Position numbers and translations under genes: made by a program. Below the pieces are notes generated by a model, which was not told the origin of the DNA, made no database searches, and worked only from the letters and a program-made list of their open reading frames with translations. A stretch of DNA of 64,000 nucleotides. Source: Microcoleus sp. (GTDB taxonomy: Bacteria > Cyanobacteriota > Cyanobacteriia > Cyanobacteriales > Microcoleaceae). Location of the stretch: assembly GCA_042408215.1 (NCBI GenBank), contig JAYFMW010000003.1, positions 475,264-539,263 on the forward strand, read 5' to 3'. Positions 53,183 to 63,861 of this stretch are shown here, piece after piece; within the stretch, counting starts at the first letter, position 1; each line of letters begins with the position of its first letter.

Positions 53183-53632
53183 CTATTCCGACTGACGTTC
53201 CAGAATAGCCTCCATCGTGCTGGTCAAGTAATGACCAGACATAATCCCGCTAGAGTAGTAGTAGCGGTTGTCGTCTACGCGGTGGAGGGTATCAAAACCA
53301 GTCCGGCGCAGGCGTTCGTCTCCCAGTACCCAGTAACGCTGCACGATCGACTGGGGAGCGATCCAACCTTCGCCCTCGACGCGGCCCAGTTCGCTGTGCT
53401 GGAGCACAAAAGTATACTGCCGTTCATCGCTGTTGAGGTGTCCTCGGTACTGTAAAATAATCTCTTCGCGATCGCCTCCAGGAAACACGAGCTTCGTCAC
53501 CATACCGAACCAATCTGTTCGGTTCCAGCTCACTAAAGTTTTGCCTTTTACCGTAATTGGCACGCCATTGCGCTCAATCCAACTTCCTTCGAGCGTCCAT
53601 TGGCCTGATTCCATTAAAAACGTGTGAGCCAC
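53183..53632 (-). CDS. Conserved hypothetical protein
   Basis: HTFLMESGQW...GEGWIAPQSIVQRYWVL; continues the anmK operon; GTG start assumed. Confidence 0.7.
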   Translation of the reverse strand: MAHTFLMESGQWTLEGSWIERNGVPITVKGKTLVSWNRTDWFGMVTKLVFPGGDREEIILQYRGHLNSDERQYTFVLQHSELGRVEGEGWIAPQSIVQRYWVLGDERLRRTGFDTLHRVDDNRYYYSSGIMSGHYLTSTMEAILERQSE

Positions 53633-53713
53633 AGTGCTATTCCTATGCTTTTCCTGCTGGCTAAAATGCTGGTGCAACAACGCACAGCCGTTGTCCCTCT
53701 AACCTCTATGCTA

Positions 53714-54934
53714 TCACGCCCCACCGTGCCAACAATAGTTAATTTCCCCTAAAAGTACAGGAGCGATCGCACCAGTAACTTGAGGCAGATTGCCGGGAAT
53801 GCCCCGAACTCGCCATGCGGCCAAAACCGCAAAAGCGATCGCCTCTTTAAAATCTACACTCAAGCCCGCCTCGGAGGTAGTCAACACTTGCACTGGATGC
53901 AATTGAGCTTGTAATCGGCGTTTTAAGTAGAGATTATGGCTGCCGCCCCCGCACAACAAAACTCGATCGGGCATCTGCGGTAAAAAACTTTGGTAACTGT
54001 GGACGATCGAGGCGACTGTCAGTTCTGTCAGAGTAGCCAGCACATCAGCAGGACTGAGGTTGTTACCTTGAGCCTCGACCAGACAACGGTTAAAATAGTC
54101 TACACCAAACAACTCTCGCCCTGTAGATTTTGGCGGTTTTTGGAGGAAGAAATCTTGCTGGAGCCAAGCTTCTACTAAAGCTTGACAAGGAGTCCCAAGG
54201 GCTGCCCAAGCTCCATTTTCGTCGCAAGTTTTAGTTCCACCAGAGAAGTGATCCACTGCCAAATCTAACAGGGAATTTCCCGGCCCTGTATCCCAGCCCA
54301 AGATGCCATCCCCAAGACGGGAAACCTCTGATTTGTGGGTCTTTTCCCCTGTTTCGGTGCAAGGCAGATAGGTTAAATTGCCAATTCCGCCCAAATTTTG
54401 GATGCAGAGATTGCGGTGGGGTTCTGCCAGCAAGTAAGCATCAACTATGGGTACTAAAGGTGCTCCTTGACCCCCGACTGCAATGTCGGCCGATCGAAAG
54501 TTGCTCACAGTAGTAATGCCCGTCAATGCCGCAATTAGAGCGCCCCGCCCTAGTTGCAAGCTGTAACCCATTTCTGCACCGGCGATCGGTCCAGCATCAA
54601 AGCTTTTCCTTTCCGTATTCCCAGCCGGTCGGTGGTAGACAGTTTGACCGTGGGAGCCGATTAATTCTGCTCTACCATATTCTGCTTGAATTGTCAAGGC
54701 CGCAGTCGAAAATTCTTGGGCGATCGCGTCATCTAATTCTGCTAGTTCTGCCATTGACAAAGCTGACCCGCTGCAAACTGAGAGAATTTGCGATCGCATT
54801 TGGTCAGGATAAGGAAAAGTGCGACCACCGACTAATTGCACTTGCAAGTCTGTTTGGGAACCGCACACATCTACTAAAGCAGCATCTATGCCATCCACCG
54901 AAGTGCCACTGATCAAACCAATAATGCGAGTCAT
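53714..54934 (-). CDS. anmK: Anhydro-N-acetylmuramic acid kinase
   Basis: [47 protein letters not shown]. Confidence 0.95.
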   Translation of the reverse strand: MTRIIGLISGTSVDGIDAALVDVCGSQTDLQVQLVGGRTFPYPDQMRSQILSVCSGSALSMAELAELDDAIAQEFSTAALTIQAEYGRAELIGSHGQTVYHRPAGNTERKSFDAGPIAGAEMGYSLQLGRGALIAALTGITTVSNFRSADIAVGGQGAPLVPIVDAYLLAEPHRNLCIQNLGGIGNLTYLPCTETGEKTHKSEVSRLGDGILGWDTGPGNSLLDLAVDHFSGGTKTCDENGAWAALGTPCQALVEAWLQQDFFLQKPPKSTGRELFGVDYFNRCLVEAQGNNLSPADVLATLTELTVASIVHSYQSFLPQMPDRVLLCGGGSHNLYLKRRLQAQLHPVQVLTTSEAGLSVDFKEAIAFAVLAAWRVRGIPGNLPQVTGAIAPVLLGEINYCWHGGA

Positions 54935-54990
54935 TCGATTGGAGATTGGAGATTGGAGATTGGAGATTTGAGATTGCGAGTCGGATGGGT

Positions 54991-55722
54991 TTATTTGAGG
55001 TCGATCGTCACAATCACCACAGTAATATTGTCACGCCCGCCCTTCTCCTTAGCTGCTTCAATCAAAGCAGTTGCAGCCCCTTCGCAGGCGCGAATCGACT
55101 TCAGAGGCCCAGCAATCAAAGGATCGGAAAGTTCCTCAGTCAAGCCGTCGCTACACAACAGTAAGCGATCGCCAGGCTTTACGTCCACCGGGAGAATATC
55201 TATTTCACGCAAATCCTCCCGACCCAAACACTGGGACAAAACGTGACGCCAAGGATGATGGCGAGCCTGTTCGGGAGTCAGAGCCTTTCTTTCTACAGCC
55301 TGAGCCACCCAAGTCTGGTCTTCAGTAATCTGTTCCAAGTAAGAGCCATGCAGTCGGTACAAGCGAGAGTCACCGACATTAGCACAGCAAGGCCGCCCCT
55401 GATCCCTAAACACTACGACCACAGCAGTAGTCCCCATATCACCCCGTTCGGGATGGTTGAACTGATCCGTCAAAATTGCTTCATTGGCGATTAAAAAAGC
55501 TTTTTCCAACAACAGCGGAGAATCCTCTGGGCCTTCCCAATGTTCGACCAGATAAGATTGAATCGCCTCAGTAGCAATCCGGCTGGCTTCTTGACCTCCT
55601 GCGTGTCCTCCCATCCCGTCAGCAACTATAAAAAATCGCCCATCCGAGTCGATGTAGTAAGAATCCTGATTTACGGAACGAACTAACCCTGTATCTGTCT
55701 TACCTGCGAAAGAGAGTTTCAT
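54991..55722 (-). CDS. PP2C-family Ser/Thr phosphatase
   Basis: [39 protein letters not shown]. Confidence 0.95.
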   Translation of the reverse strand: MKLSFAGKTDTGLVRSVNQDSYYIDSDGRFFIVADGMGGHAGGQEASRIATEAIQSYLVEHWEGPEDSPLLLEKAFLIANEAILTDQFNHPERGDMGTTAVVVVFRDQGRPCCANVGDSRLYRLHGSYLEQITEDQTWVAQAVERKALTPEQARHHPWRHVLSQCLGREDLREIDILPVDVKPGDRLLLCSDGLTEELSDPLIAGPLKSIRACEGAATALIEAAKEKGGRDNITVVIVTIDLK

Positions 55723-55865
55723 CTCAAACCTCCAACAGACATCCACCATAGCTGTACTCAGCTTGGTGGTGGGAGGAATGTCTGGTCAATTGTGAAACAT
55801 CCCTTAAGTGTATTTGTGCGTTAGCACAAACAATGAGAGAGACTGTTGAATAATTAACAAATCTC

Positions 55866-56124
55866 TTAAGTACCATAGGAGTAAACGTCCTTTTTGTGAA
55901 TATGTTTGCAAGCTTTGTGGCTAACCCATTGAACCAGCCCATTCTTGGTTGAAATATTAAAATTTCCAGTTGCACTCGATCGCAATTCTCCCAATGTATT
56001 CGCCTACTTTCTTGCCACTGGTAACAACAGCTTTAACAATATCGCCTGTTTGAAAACCAAAGTTAAATTTTGTTCTAGAACAGTGACGATTTGGAAAACC
56101 AAATTTATCAGTACGACATGATTG
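55866..56124 (-). pseudogene. iscB: IscB (RRXRR/HNH OMEGA nuclease) C-terminal remnant
   Basis: Translation QSCRTDKFGFPNRH...FGFQTGDIVKAVVTSGKKVGEYIGRIA, frameshift, then ATGNFNIST...VSHKACKHIHKKDVYSY*. Confidence 0.8.
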
Positions 56125-56318
56125 TTGTACTTACTTAACCTTTGATTGTAAATCGTCTGATGCTACTTCTACCTGAAAAATTTCCGGCGAGCCGAAATCC
56201 AACCTATAAGCTGGATTTCGACCCTAGGACCTAGGGTCAAGATGCTCCCGGTCGGGCCTGGTCATTGGACTACCTTTGATTTAAGAATTCCCCGGCTTCT
56301 AGCCGTGGGGAGTGTCAA
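56125..56318 (+). mobile_element. IS200/IS605-type right end with upstream structured non-coding segment
   Basis: GAATTCCCCGGCTTCTAGCCGTGGGGAGTGTCAA terminal hairpin; internal hairpins CGAAATCCA...TGGATTTCG and GACCCTAGG-A-CCTAGGGTC. Confidence 0.65.
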
Positions 56319-58081
56319 GACATTCTATCCAGGCGATCGAGCCGCTTAAGCAAGCGCAGCAGAACAAAGCCAGTACCCGCAGCTAGCAAAGCCACCACAA
56401 CCGCCGGCCATACTTGATTGCTGACAAACAAGATTGTCGCCGACAAAGTAAAAGCACTCATCAGCAAAGTATAATTAGTTCCCATTTGAACGCTACTAAT
56501 GCGCCGGAGCAAGCGCTCTGTTTCGGCGGAACGGACGCGAATCCGCAAATCTCCTTGCTCTAGTTTGTCAATAGTCTCCTCAATCCGGCGGGGTAAACTC
56601 AAGGCTGTCGAACTCACCTGAGCCGCCTGACGGCCGAGTTCATTAAAAATACTGCTAGTTGTATCAGGGCCATTTCCATTAGTCATAAGCTGCATGGCAA
56701 AAGGTTGTGCCACCTCCATAAAGTTGAACTGCGGATCTAAACCCCGGCCGACTCCTTCGATCGTCGAAAAAGCTCGCATCACAAAAGTAAAGGTAGCTGG
56801 GAAGCGAAAGGGTTGGTTGTAGGCAATATCGTAAAGGTCGTCGGTAATCGCACTCACCGATTGATTTTCAAAAGGCTTGTCCATGAAGTTATCCAGCATA
56901 TACTGGATCGATCGCCGCACCGGACTCATATCACCCGTAGGCACCAAAGCCCCCAGATTAATCAAAGAATCCATAATCCGCTGTCCGTCTTTGGCCGCAA
57001 TGCCGTAGAGCGTCTCCATCAGTCCTTCGCGGACGTTCGACTGAATTTGGCCCATCATGCCGAAATCGTAGAAAATCAGACTTCCGTCAGCACTAACAGC
57101 GATATTACCTGGGTGGGGGTCAGCATGGAAAAAGCCGTCGTTGAGTAACTGCTGCAAATAAGCTTCGGCTCCCTTTTGGGCGATCGACTTGCGATCGATG
57201 CCAGCAGCATCCAAAGCCTCATAGTGGCTAATTTTAATCCCAGGCAGGTACTCCAAAGTCAGCACCCTCGGAGCCGCGTACCGCCAATAAACCCGCGGCA
57301 CCTGCACCCAGTCGCAGTTGCGAAAATTGCGACGAAAAGTATCGGCATTCTTGCCTTCATTGATATAATCAATTTCCAGCCAGAGAATGCGGCAGCATTC
57401 CTCATAAATCCCCATCCAATCTCGGCCGCGGCCCCACTTGGGATGGTTTTGAAAGTAGCGAGCAATCCCCTTGAGAATTTGCAAATCTATCTCAAACAGC
57501 TTCCGAAGTCCAGGGCGCTGCACCTTAACCACCACTTCCGGGCCAGAGTGCAGTTGAGCCTTGTGTACCTGGCCCAAACTGGCCGCAGCCAGTGGCACCG
57601 GGTCAAAACTCTGGTAGAGTTCGTGCACAGTCTTGCCCAAATCCTGCTCAACAATTACCTCTAATTGCTCGTAGCTGAAAGCAGGCACCCTATCTTGCAG
57701 CTTAGAAAGTTCTTCGACATACTCTGCGGGAAACAAATCGGCGCGAGTCGAGAATAACTGGCCTACCTTAATGAAAGTGGGGCCCAAATCCAGGAGAGTT
57801 TCTCGCACCCAGATAGCCTGAAAGCGCCGTCTAGCAACTTTCTTTTCTTCAGTAACGCCTTTCCAGTAGCTCCAATCTTTGCTGTCGAGCCACAGGGAAG
57901 CCAGCCAGAGCAATACGAAGGCCCAAATGTCGAAGAAGCGTCGCCGACGAGAGTATTTTTCGCGGTTCCAGCGATAAGCTTTACTTTTGTAGGATTTGCC
58001 AGCGGTTTTTGGCAAAACGGCATCGCCAGTAAGCTTGGCGTATCGCTGGGAATTAACAGAGTCATCAAGGAGAGCAGACAC
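56315..58081 (-). CDS. AarF/ABC1/UbiB family kinase
   Basis: LGPTFIKVGQ, PLAAASLGQVH, VVKVQRP, FFHADPHPGN, YDFGM. Confidence 0.95.
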   Translation of the reverse strand: MSALLDDSVNSQRYAKLTGDAVLPKTAGKSYKSKAYRWNREKYSRRRRFFDIWAFVLLWLASLWLDSKDWSYWKGVTEEKKVARRRFQAIWVRETLLDLGPTFIKVGQLFSTRADLFPAEYVEELSKLQDRVPAFSYEQLEVIVEQDLGKTVHELYQSFDPVPLAAASLGQVHKAQLHSGPEVVVKVQRPGLRKLFEIDLQILKGIARYFQNHPKWGRGRDWMGIYEECCRILWLEIDYINEGKNADTFRRNFRNCDWVQVPRVYWRYAAPRVLTLEYLPGIKISHYEALDAAGIDRKSIAQKGAEAYLQQLLNDGFFHADPHPGNIAVSADGSLIFYDFGMMGQIQSNVREGLMETLYGIAAKDGQRIMDSLINLGALVPTGDMSPVRRSIQYMLDNFMDKPFENQSVSAITDDLYDIAYNQPFRFPATFTFVMRAFSTIEGVGRGLDPQFNFMEVAQPFAMQLMTNGNGPDTTSSIFNELGRQAAQVSSTALSLPRRIEETIDKLEQGDLRIRVRSAETERLLRRISSVQMGTNYTLLMSAFTLSATILFVSNQVWPAVVVALLAAGTGFVLLRLLKRLDRLDRMS

Positions 58082-58186
58082 TTGGGTTCCTAAATTGCTG
58101 ATTTTATGTCGTGGCTTTGATGGGAAGTAAGAGCGCAGCGTTTTGCGCTCTTGCAGTAAGTCAGTTGTTGGGGGTGAGATTGGCCG

Positions 58187-58522
58187 CTAGGGCAAACTGC
58201 TGCGGTAGCGCTGCAATTCTGACCTCACCAGGGCAACTTCGGCGCGCAGCTCATCAATTGTTGCTTGTAAGTCGGCGGGCTGGGTATCTTGAATGGTGGT
58301 GGTGGTGGTTGCAGTGCCGGTGCGGTGCTGCATCGCTGAGTCGGCTTCTCGATTGGCTCGTTCCACGACTCGATCGGTGAACTGGCGCAGTCGCTGTCTT
58401 TGTTCGGCATCAAATTTGCCGAGTTCCGAGAGAGCGTTGGTTGCGGCGCTTTCTAATTGCTCGTATAGTGCTTCTGCAAGTGCTCTGCCTACAAAAAACG
58501 CATGAACTGGGGGTTTACTCAT
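58187..58522 (-). CDS. Conserved small coiled-coil protein upstream of the ABC1 kinase (DUF6825-like)
   Basis: AFFVGRALAE...GKFDAEQR...DLQATIDELRAEVA. Confidence 0.8.
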   Translation of the reverse strand: MSKPPVHAFFVGRALAEALYEQLESAATNALSELGKFDAEQRQRLRQFTDRVVERANREADSAMQHRTGTATTTTTIQDTQPADLQATIDELRAEVALVRSELQRYRSSLP

Positions 58523-58529
58523 AAAAAAG

Positions 58530-58891
58530 CTCGGTAAGTGCGAAACTCAGAGTCTTTAGACCTGAGAGGGAAACTCTAAGGGGGACTTTAGTCCCCGTCA
58601 ATCCCCTTTCGGGGTTGGAGAGGTATGGTTGCCTCTCCGGTGAGGTATGGTTGCCTCAATCTCCCTTTCCGGGTAATGTTCGCTTCGACCTGGTTATAAA
58701 GGCTTGTTAAGCTTGCAGCACTAACGAGAGTGACTTTAAGTTTGTTTAACTGCAAACGATAGAGCCCAAAACTAGCGTCGCATTCGCCGGTATCGTGACC
58801 TAAATAACGTCTCCTCGCGATCGAGGGGTCTGGTCAGAACAGCTTGCAATTTCTTACAAGCTCAGTGGCGTTGACTCCCTGAGTTCCTGAC
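58530..58891 (-). ncRNA. HEARO-like omega-RNA in an ORF-less IscB-type IS200/IS605 element
   Basis: Minus strand GTCAGGAACTCAG...CTGAGCTTG...CTGACCAGACC...ACGTTATTT..GTCACGATACC..GAATGC..GCTAGTT...CTCT...GTCGAAGCGAACATTACC follows HEARO motif order; terminal hairpin TTTCCCTCTCAG..CTGAGTTTC. Confidence 0.75.
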
Positions 58892-59291
58892 AAAAAATCT
58901 CTGTGTGCTTCCGTAACGAATTATAACTTACTTACCCCTGATGGTGCTTGTTCTCCAAGAAAGAGAGTTGGGGGACGATCGCGATCGCACCCTGAGGGGC
59001 CCAAACCAATCACCTGTTTGAGAGGTGGAGCAGCTTGGGGCGATCGGATGCTGTGGCCGGGCGACGATCGCTTTGGGATGCGATCGCTGGGATGTTGCTA
59101 ATTTCTCGATCGACCTTAGTAAAGTAGCCTATAGATTTAATCAGCTCAAATAGACCGCCCCAAAACTATCGAGGGTTTCACAAATTCATGAGCAATTCAA
59201 ATTCGGAACAGTAATACAAGTTTTTTTGCCTGAGTCTTAAAAATGTGAAATAATTATCTACTGTCTACTTTTTTATAACCCTCAACCTCCC

Positions 59292-59771
59292 ATGAACATC
59301 CGCATCGGCAACGGCTACGACATTCACTGCTTGGTTCCCGATCGCCCCCTCATCCTGGGCGGCGTGAACATTCCCCACGAATTAGGATTATTAGGACACA
59401 GCGACGCAGACGTGCTCACTCATGCTATCATGGATGCAATGCTCGGAGCATTAAGTTTAGGAGATATCGGCCATTATTTCCCACCAAATGACCCCAAATG
59501 GAAAGGTGCTGATAGTTTAGTTTTACTAGAACAAGTCAACCAGTTGATATTAGATAAAGGCTGGGAAATAGGCAATATTGATTCAGTGATAGTGGCGGAA
59601 CGCCCGAAGCTAAAACCGCATATTAATCAAATGCGCGATCGCCTCTCGGACGTCCTCAAAGTAAACCCAGACCAAATAGGTGTCAAAGCCACCACCAACG
59701 AAAAATTAGGCCCCGTCGGGAGAGAAGAAGGAATCGCGGCTTACGCTGTAGTTTTGTTAGTGCTAAAATAG
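59292..59771 (+). CDS. ispF: 2-C-methyl-D-erythritol 2,4-cyclodiphosphate synthase
   Basis: [38 protein letters not shown]. Confidence 0.97.
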   Translation: MNIRIGNGYDIHCLVPDRPLILGGVNIPHELGLLGHSDADVLTHAIMDAMLGALSLGDIGHYFPPNDPKWKGADSLVLLEQVNQLILDKGWEIGNIDSVIVAERPKLKPHINQMRDRLSDVLKVNPDQIGVKATTNEKLGPVGREEGIAAYAVVLLVLK

Positions 59772-59815
59772 TTGTCAGGTTCTGACAATTTTCAGCTAAT
59801 TTAGGATTTTAATCT

Positions 59816-60364
59816 ATGCTCGCCGAAAACTTGGAAATCGAAACGCCGATCGACGTTGATATCATCGCCTTAGATAAAGACGATCGGGTAGTCGTGCTCA
59901 TTGAGGTCAAAATCATTCAAGCTCAAGAACCAGCAGCAAAGCAGAGGATTGCTGATTACATGATATCTTGGATGAAAGCTGTGTTAGCGAAGATATCCGA
60001 GCAACGCACCATAATTCCCTATGCTATGTTTGTTGACACCGAACAAATTCTGATTTTCAAATGGGACGGAGTAAACTTATCTGAACCTGTTTGTTCTCTA
60101 AACACTGGTGAGATACTTCGTTATTATGAGCCTGAATTTGGCAAAAAATGGATATTTGAAGATACCATTGAGACGCTGATCCAATCGTGGCTGCATGACT
60201 TAGATTATCATTGGAAATCAGAAATTCCGCCAGCATCGGAACAAATAGCAGCCATCGGTTTGCTGCCGTTACTTGCAGGTGGAACAACAAAATCAGGAGT
60301 GCAATTAGGTGGCAATTTTATATATCGAGACCAACTTTTTGATGACTATTGCTACAGGGCGTGA
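59816..60364 (+). CDS. Hypothetical protein with PD-(D/E)xK-like N-terminal motif
   Basis: DVDIIALD...LIEVK; overlaps the downstream PIN-like gene. Confidence 0.6.
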   Translation: MLAENLEIETPIDVDIIALDKDDRVVVLIEVKIIQAQEPAAKQRIADYMISWMKAVLAKISEQRTIIPYAMFVDTEQILIFKWDGVNLSEPVCSLNTGEILRYYEPEFGKKWIFEDTIETLIQSWLHDLDYHWKSEIPPASEQIAAIGLLPLLAGGTTKSGVQLGGNFIYRDQLFDDYCYRA

Positions 60365-60917
60365 GGCTGAAGCAATTATGTTGCTGCGGGAGTTATCCTC
60401 ATCAGTTCGATTGGTGATACCCAGCATTTGTTACAGGTCGTCTCTGTCGGCTTTAGAGGATGAGTTGAAGCGACAAAACTATTTTCAGCAACAGCTAAGC
60501 CGCCAAATTAGCGAAACAAAGCGAGATGTGACATCCGAACACGCCGCATCTCTATCTTTTCACCTAGAAGAGTCATTTATTTACTATCGCAATCGAGTAG
60601 GTGAAATTAAATTTCGATTGCGTGAAGCAATTTCTCTGCTGTCTAAAAATGCAGAAATGATTGTATTAAATACAGAGATTATCGAAGCAAGCTTAAACAC
60701 AACTTTTATCGCCAAAGACCCAACAGATAATTTGATTCTACACTGTATCCTGAGTCATGCCCGTTTGCACCCCACAGAAACCAAAGTATTTCTAAGCGGC
60801 AATATCAAAGAATTTCGCCAACTTCCTGAAGTTCAAGATGCTTTACAACAGGCTGGAGTGGAAAAGTATTTTTCGCGTACAGAAGACTTTCTCGGTTGGT
60901 TACAATCTCATTCCTAG
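60309..60917 (+). CDS. PIN-domain protein (DUF4935-like)
   Basis: LYIETNFL N-terminal PIN strand, DPTDNLIL, FLSGNIKEF. Confidence 0.75.
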   Translation: MAILYIETNFLMTIATGREAEAIMLLRELSSSVRLVIPSICYRSSLSALEDELKRQNYFQQQLSRQISETKRDVTSEHAASLSFHLEESFIYYRNRVGEIKFRLREAISLLSKNAEMIVLNTEIIEASLNTTFIAKDPTDNLILHCILSHARLHPTETKVFLSGNIKEFRQLPEVQDALQQAGVEKYFSRTEDFLGWLQSHS

Positions 60918-60945
60918 TTGCACGAAAATGGTATAGTAAAAAAAT

Positions 60946-62718
60946 ATGAAAATTTCTATCATGTTACATTCAAAACTGCGATCGCTCATAATTTTACTGA
61001 CAGCAATTGTTACCATAGCCTTGTCTGCGTGCACTCCGGCGCGATCGCAATTAACAAACAGACTCATCGTCCCCACCCCCAGCGGCCCAGCCACCTTTAA
61101 CTACCCCCTAAATCAGTCAGCCTACAGCGTTTTTGGCTATCTCAATGAAGGACTGATCGACGAAAACGGTTTAACATCAGAACTAGAACCCGGTTTAGCT
61201 GAGTCGTGGGAAGTTTCTAAAGATGGCAAAAAGATAGTCTTCACCCTGCGAGAAGGATTGAAATGGTCTGATGGCGAACCGATGACTACGGATGACATTA
61301 TCTTCAGCTATGAAAAGATTTATTTCAACGATCAAATACCCAGTGGTTTGAAAGACACTCTGAGAGTTGGGATGAGCCGCCAATTCCCAAAAATCAAAAA
61401 AATTGATAGTCGTCGGGTTGAATTTTCCGTTGCAGAACCCTTTGCTCCATTTATTAGATATGCTGGGGGAATACCGATTTTACCAGCTCATATTCTACAA
61501 GAATCAATCAGCAATACAGATAGTGAAGGAAAGCCGAAGTTCCTGAGTACCTGGGGAACCGATACAGACCCCAAAAAAATTGTCGGTAACGGTCAATACC
61601 GAATGCTGAGCTATACTCCAAATCAGCGAGTTGTGTTGGAACGCAATCCCTATTTTTGGCGCAAAGATACTCAGGGAAAAGCTCAGCCATACATCCAGCA
61701 AATAGTCTGGCAAATTATCGAAAATAGCGATACTCAACTGCTGAATTTTCGATCGGGTGATTTGGATAGTCTGGACGTCCAGCCGGAAGTGTTTCCGCTG
61801 CTGAAAAGGGAGGAAAAACGCGGTAAATATACGGTGTTTAACGGTGGCCCCGACACGGGCAGTATATTTATGTGTTTCAATCTAAATCAGGGGCGTAATG
61901 CTCAAAATCAGCCCTTTGTAGACCCGATTAAGTCTCGCTGGTTCGCGACTAAGGAGTTTCGGCAGGCGATCGCCTATGGCATCAATCGCGACGCCATGAC
62001 TAACAATATCTATCGCGGACTTGGCGCGCCGCTGCATTCCCCAATTCCAGCCCAAAGCCCGTTCTACCTGTCTCCAAAAGCAGGATTAAAAACTTACAAT
62101 TATGACCAGAAAAAAGCGAAACAGTTACTTTTAAGTGCTGGTTTCAAGTATAATGCTGAAGGGGAATTACTGGATAAGGATGGTAACAAAGTGCGATTTA
62201 CTTTGTTAATGGCTGCGGGTAAAAAAGTTCGGGAACAAATGGGAACGCAAATTAAGCAAGATTTGGGGAAACTGGGGATGCAAATTGATACACAATTTCT
62301 GAGTTTTAACACTTATGTGGAAAAGCTGCGTTTGACTAAAAATTGGGATACTTACCTCGGTGGTTTTACGGGAGGTCTTGAACCGCACAGCGGCTACAAT
62401 ATTTGGTCGGTTAACGGTACATTACACAGTTTTAACCAGGGTCCGCAGGCTGGAGAACCGCCGATTAAGGGTTGGAAAGCGGCTGACTGGGAACAAAAAA
62501 TTGATGACCTTTACGTGAAAGCTTCCCAGGAACTAAACGAGGCGAAGCGCAAGGAACTTTATGCTGAAACGCAGCGGATTATAGCAGAACAAGTGCCGTT
62601 TATCTATATGGTGAATCCCTTGACTTTTGAGGCGGTGCGCGATCGCATTTCGGGAATTAAATACAGTGCGATCGGCGGTGCTTTCTGGAACTTATACGAA
62701 CTAAAAATTACTGAATAG
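60946..62718 (+). CDS. ABC transporter substrate-binding lipoprotein (peptide/nickel family 5)
   Basis: Lipobox LSAC, LAESWE, FTLREGLKWSDGEP. Confidence 0.93.
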   Translation: MKISIMLHSKLRSLIILLTAIVTIALSACTPARSQLTNRLIVPTPSGPATFNYPLNQSAYSVFGYLNEGLIDENGLTSELEPGLAESWEVSKDGKKIVFTLREGLKWSDGEPMTTDDIIFSYEKIYFNDQIPSGLKDTLRVGMSRQFPKIKKIDSRRVEFSVAEPFAPFIRYAGGIPILPAHILQESISNTDSEGKPKFLSTWGTDTDPKKIVGNGQYRMLSYTPNQRVVLERNPYFWRKDTQGKAQPYIQQIVWQIIENSDTQLLNFRSGDLDSLDVQPEVFPLLKREEKRGKYTVFNGGPDTGSIFMCFNLNQGRNAQNQPFVDPIKSRWFATKEFRQAIAYGINRDAMTNNIYRGLGAPLHSPIPAQSPFYLSPKAGLKTYNYDQKKAKQLLLSAGFKYNAEGELLDKDGNKVRFTLLMAAGKKVREQMGTQIKQDLGKLGMQIDTQFLSFNTYVEKLRLTKNWDTYLGGFTGGLEPHSGYNIWSVNGTLHSFNQGPQAGEPPIKGWKAADWEQKIDDLYVKASQELNEAKRKELYAETQRIIAEQVPFIYMVNPLTFEAVRDRISGIKYSAIGGAFWNLYELKITE

Positions 62719-62762
62719 TCAGTAGTCATTAGTTATTGGTGATTAGTTATTTGTTAGCTGTT

Positions 62763-62907
62763 ATACCAATTTAATGGGTCGTTGCACATATCTCGATCCC
62801 CCTAAATCCCCCTTAAGAAGGGGGACTTTGATAAAAATCTTGTCCCCCCCTTATTAAGGGGGGTTAGGGGGGATCAGATGCTATGCAGCCTCATAAAAAA
62901 TTGCTAT
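62763..62907. mobile_element. ATACCAATTT-ended MITE-like repeat
   Basis: Near-identical to the last unit of the 25.2-kb array. Confidence 0.8.
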
Positions 62908-62981
62908 TACCAATTCCCAATTCCCAATTCCCAATTCCCAATTCCCAATTCCCAATTCCCAATTCCCAATTCCCAATTTTT

Positions 62982-63755
62982 ATGCAACCTGAAATCTTAC
63001 AAAAGTTACTCGAATCTGTGGCCGCCGGTGATGTCAGTCCCGCCGTCGCTTTAGACAAACTAAAGCATTTTGACTTTGAACAAGTGGGCGATTTTGCAAA
63101 AATTGACCACCACCGCACTCTCAGAACCGGTTTCCCAGAAGTAATCTGGGGGCCAGGAAAAACCCCAGACCAAATTGTTGAGATTATCGAGGTGATGCGG
63201 GGGCGAAATCCGGCGGTGATGGCGACGCGAATTGAACCGGAAGTTTTCGACCAATTGCAGCAGAAAATACCCGATTTGTGCTATTACCAAAAAGCTCGAA
63301 TTTGTGCAATTTCTCCTAGTTCTCCAACTTCGCAACATCCAGGTAAAGTAACAATTATTAGTGCGGGAACAGCGGATTTACCTGTAGCGGAAGAGGCGGC
63401 AGTTACTGCGGAACTTTGCGGTTTTCAGGTGCGGCGTTTGTGGGATGTGGGAGTTGCCGGCATTCACCGTTTGCTGAGTAATCGCCACGTAATTGCTGAT
63501 GCTGATGTGTTGATTGCGGTTGCGGGTATGGAAGGGGCTTTGGCGAGTGTGGTTGCGGGTTTGGCAAATTGTCCGGTGATTGCTGTGCCGACAAGTGTCG
63601 GTTATGGCGCGAGTTTTGGGGGAATTGCACCTCTTTTAACTATGCTCAATTCTTGTGCGGCTGGTGTTGGTGTGGTGAATATTGATAATGGGTTTGGTGC
63701 GGCAATTTTGGCCTGTCAAATTCTCAGAACCGCTGGTAAATTTGGGGGAAAGTAA
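62982..63755 (+). CDS. larB: LarB / CpmA-like AIR-carboxylase family protein
   Basis: [65 protein letters not shown]; the ORF extension upstream of 62982 is (CCCAATT)n repeat. Confidence 0.92.
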   Translation: MQPEILQKLLESVAAGDVSPAVALDKLKHFDFEQVGDFAKIDHHRTLRTGFPEVIWGPGKTPDQIVEIIEVMRGRNPAVMATRIEPEVFDQLQQKIPDLCYYQKARICAISPSSPTSQHPGKVTIISAGTADLPVAEEAAVTAELCGFQVRRLWDVGVAGIHRLLSNRHVIADADVLIAVAGMEGALASVVAGLANCPVIAVPTSVGYGASFGGIAPLLTMLNSCAAGVGVVNIDNGFGAAILACQILRTAGKFGGK

Positions 63756-63796
63756 CAAACAAACGCGAAACCCAACACTTTACAGCTTGGTAGTCT

Positions 63797-63861
63797 GTAG
63801 GGTGCGTCGCTGCGATATCTTGGATAAAACTTGCTGTATTTCGAGTGGCGACGCACCCTAC
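63797..63861. repeat. GTAG-type REP-like palindrome
   Basis: GTAGGGTGCGTCGC...GCGACGCACCCTAC. Confidence 0.7.

Noticed and set aside
62883..62981. PIPNSQF repeat at the LarB N-terminus
   Set aside because: Translation of a (CCCAATT)n heptamer repeat upstream of the real start
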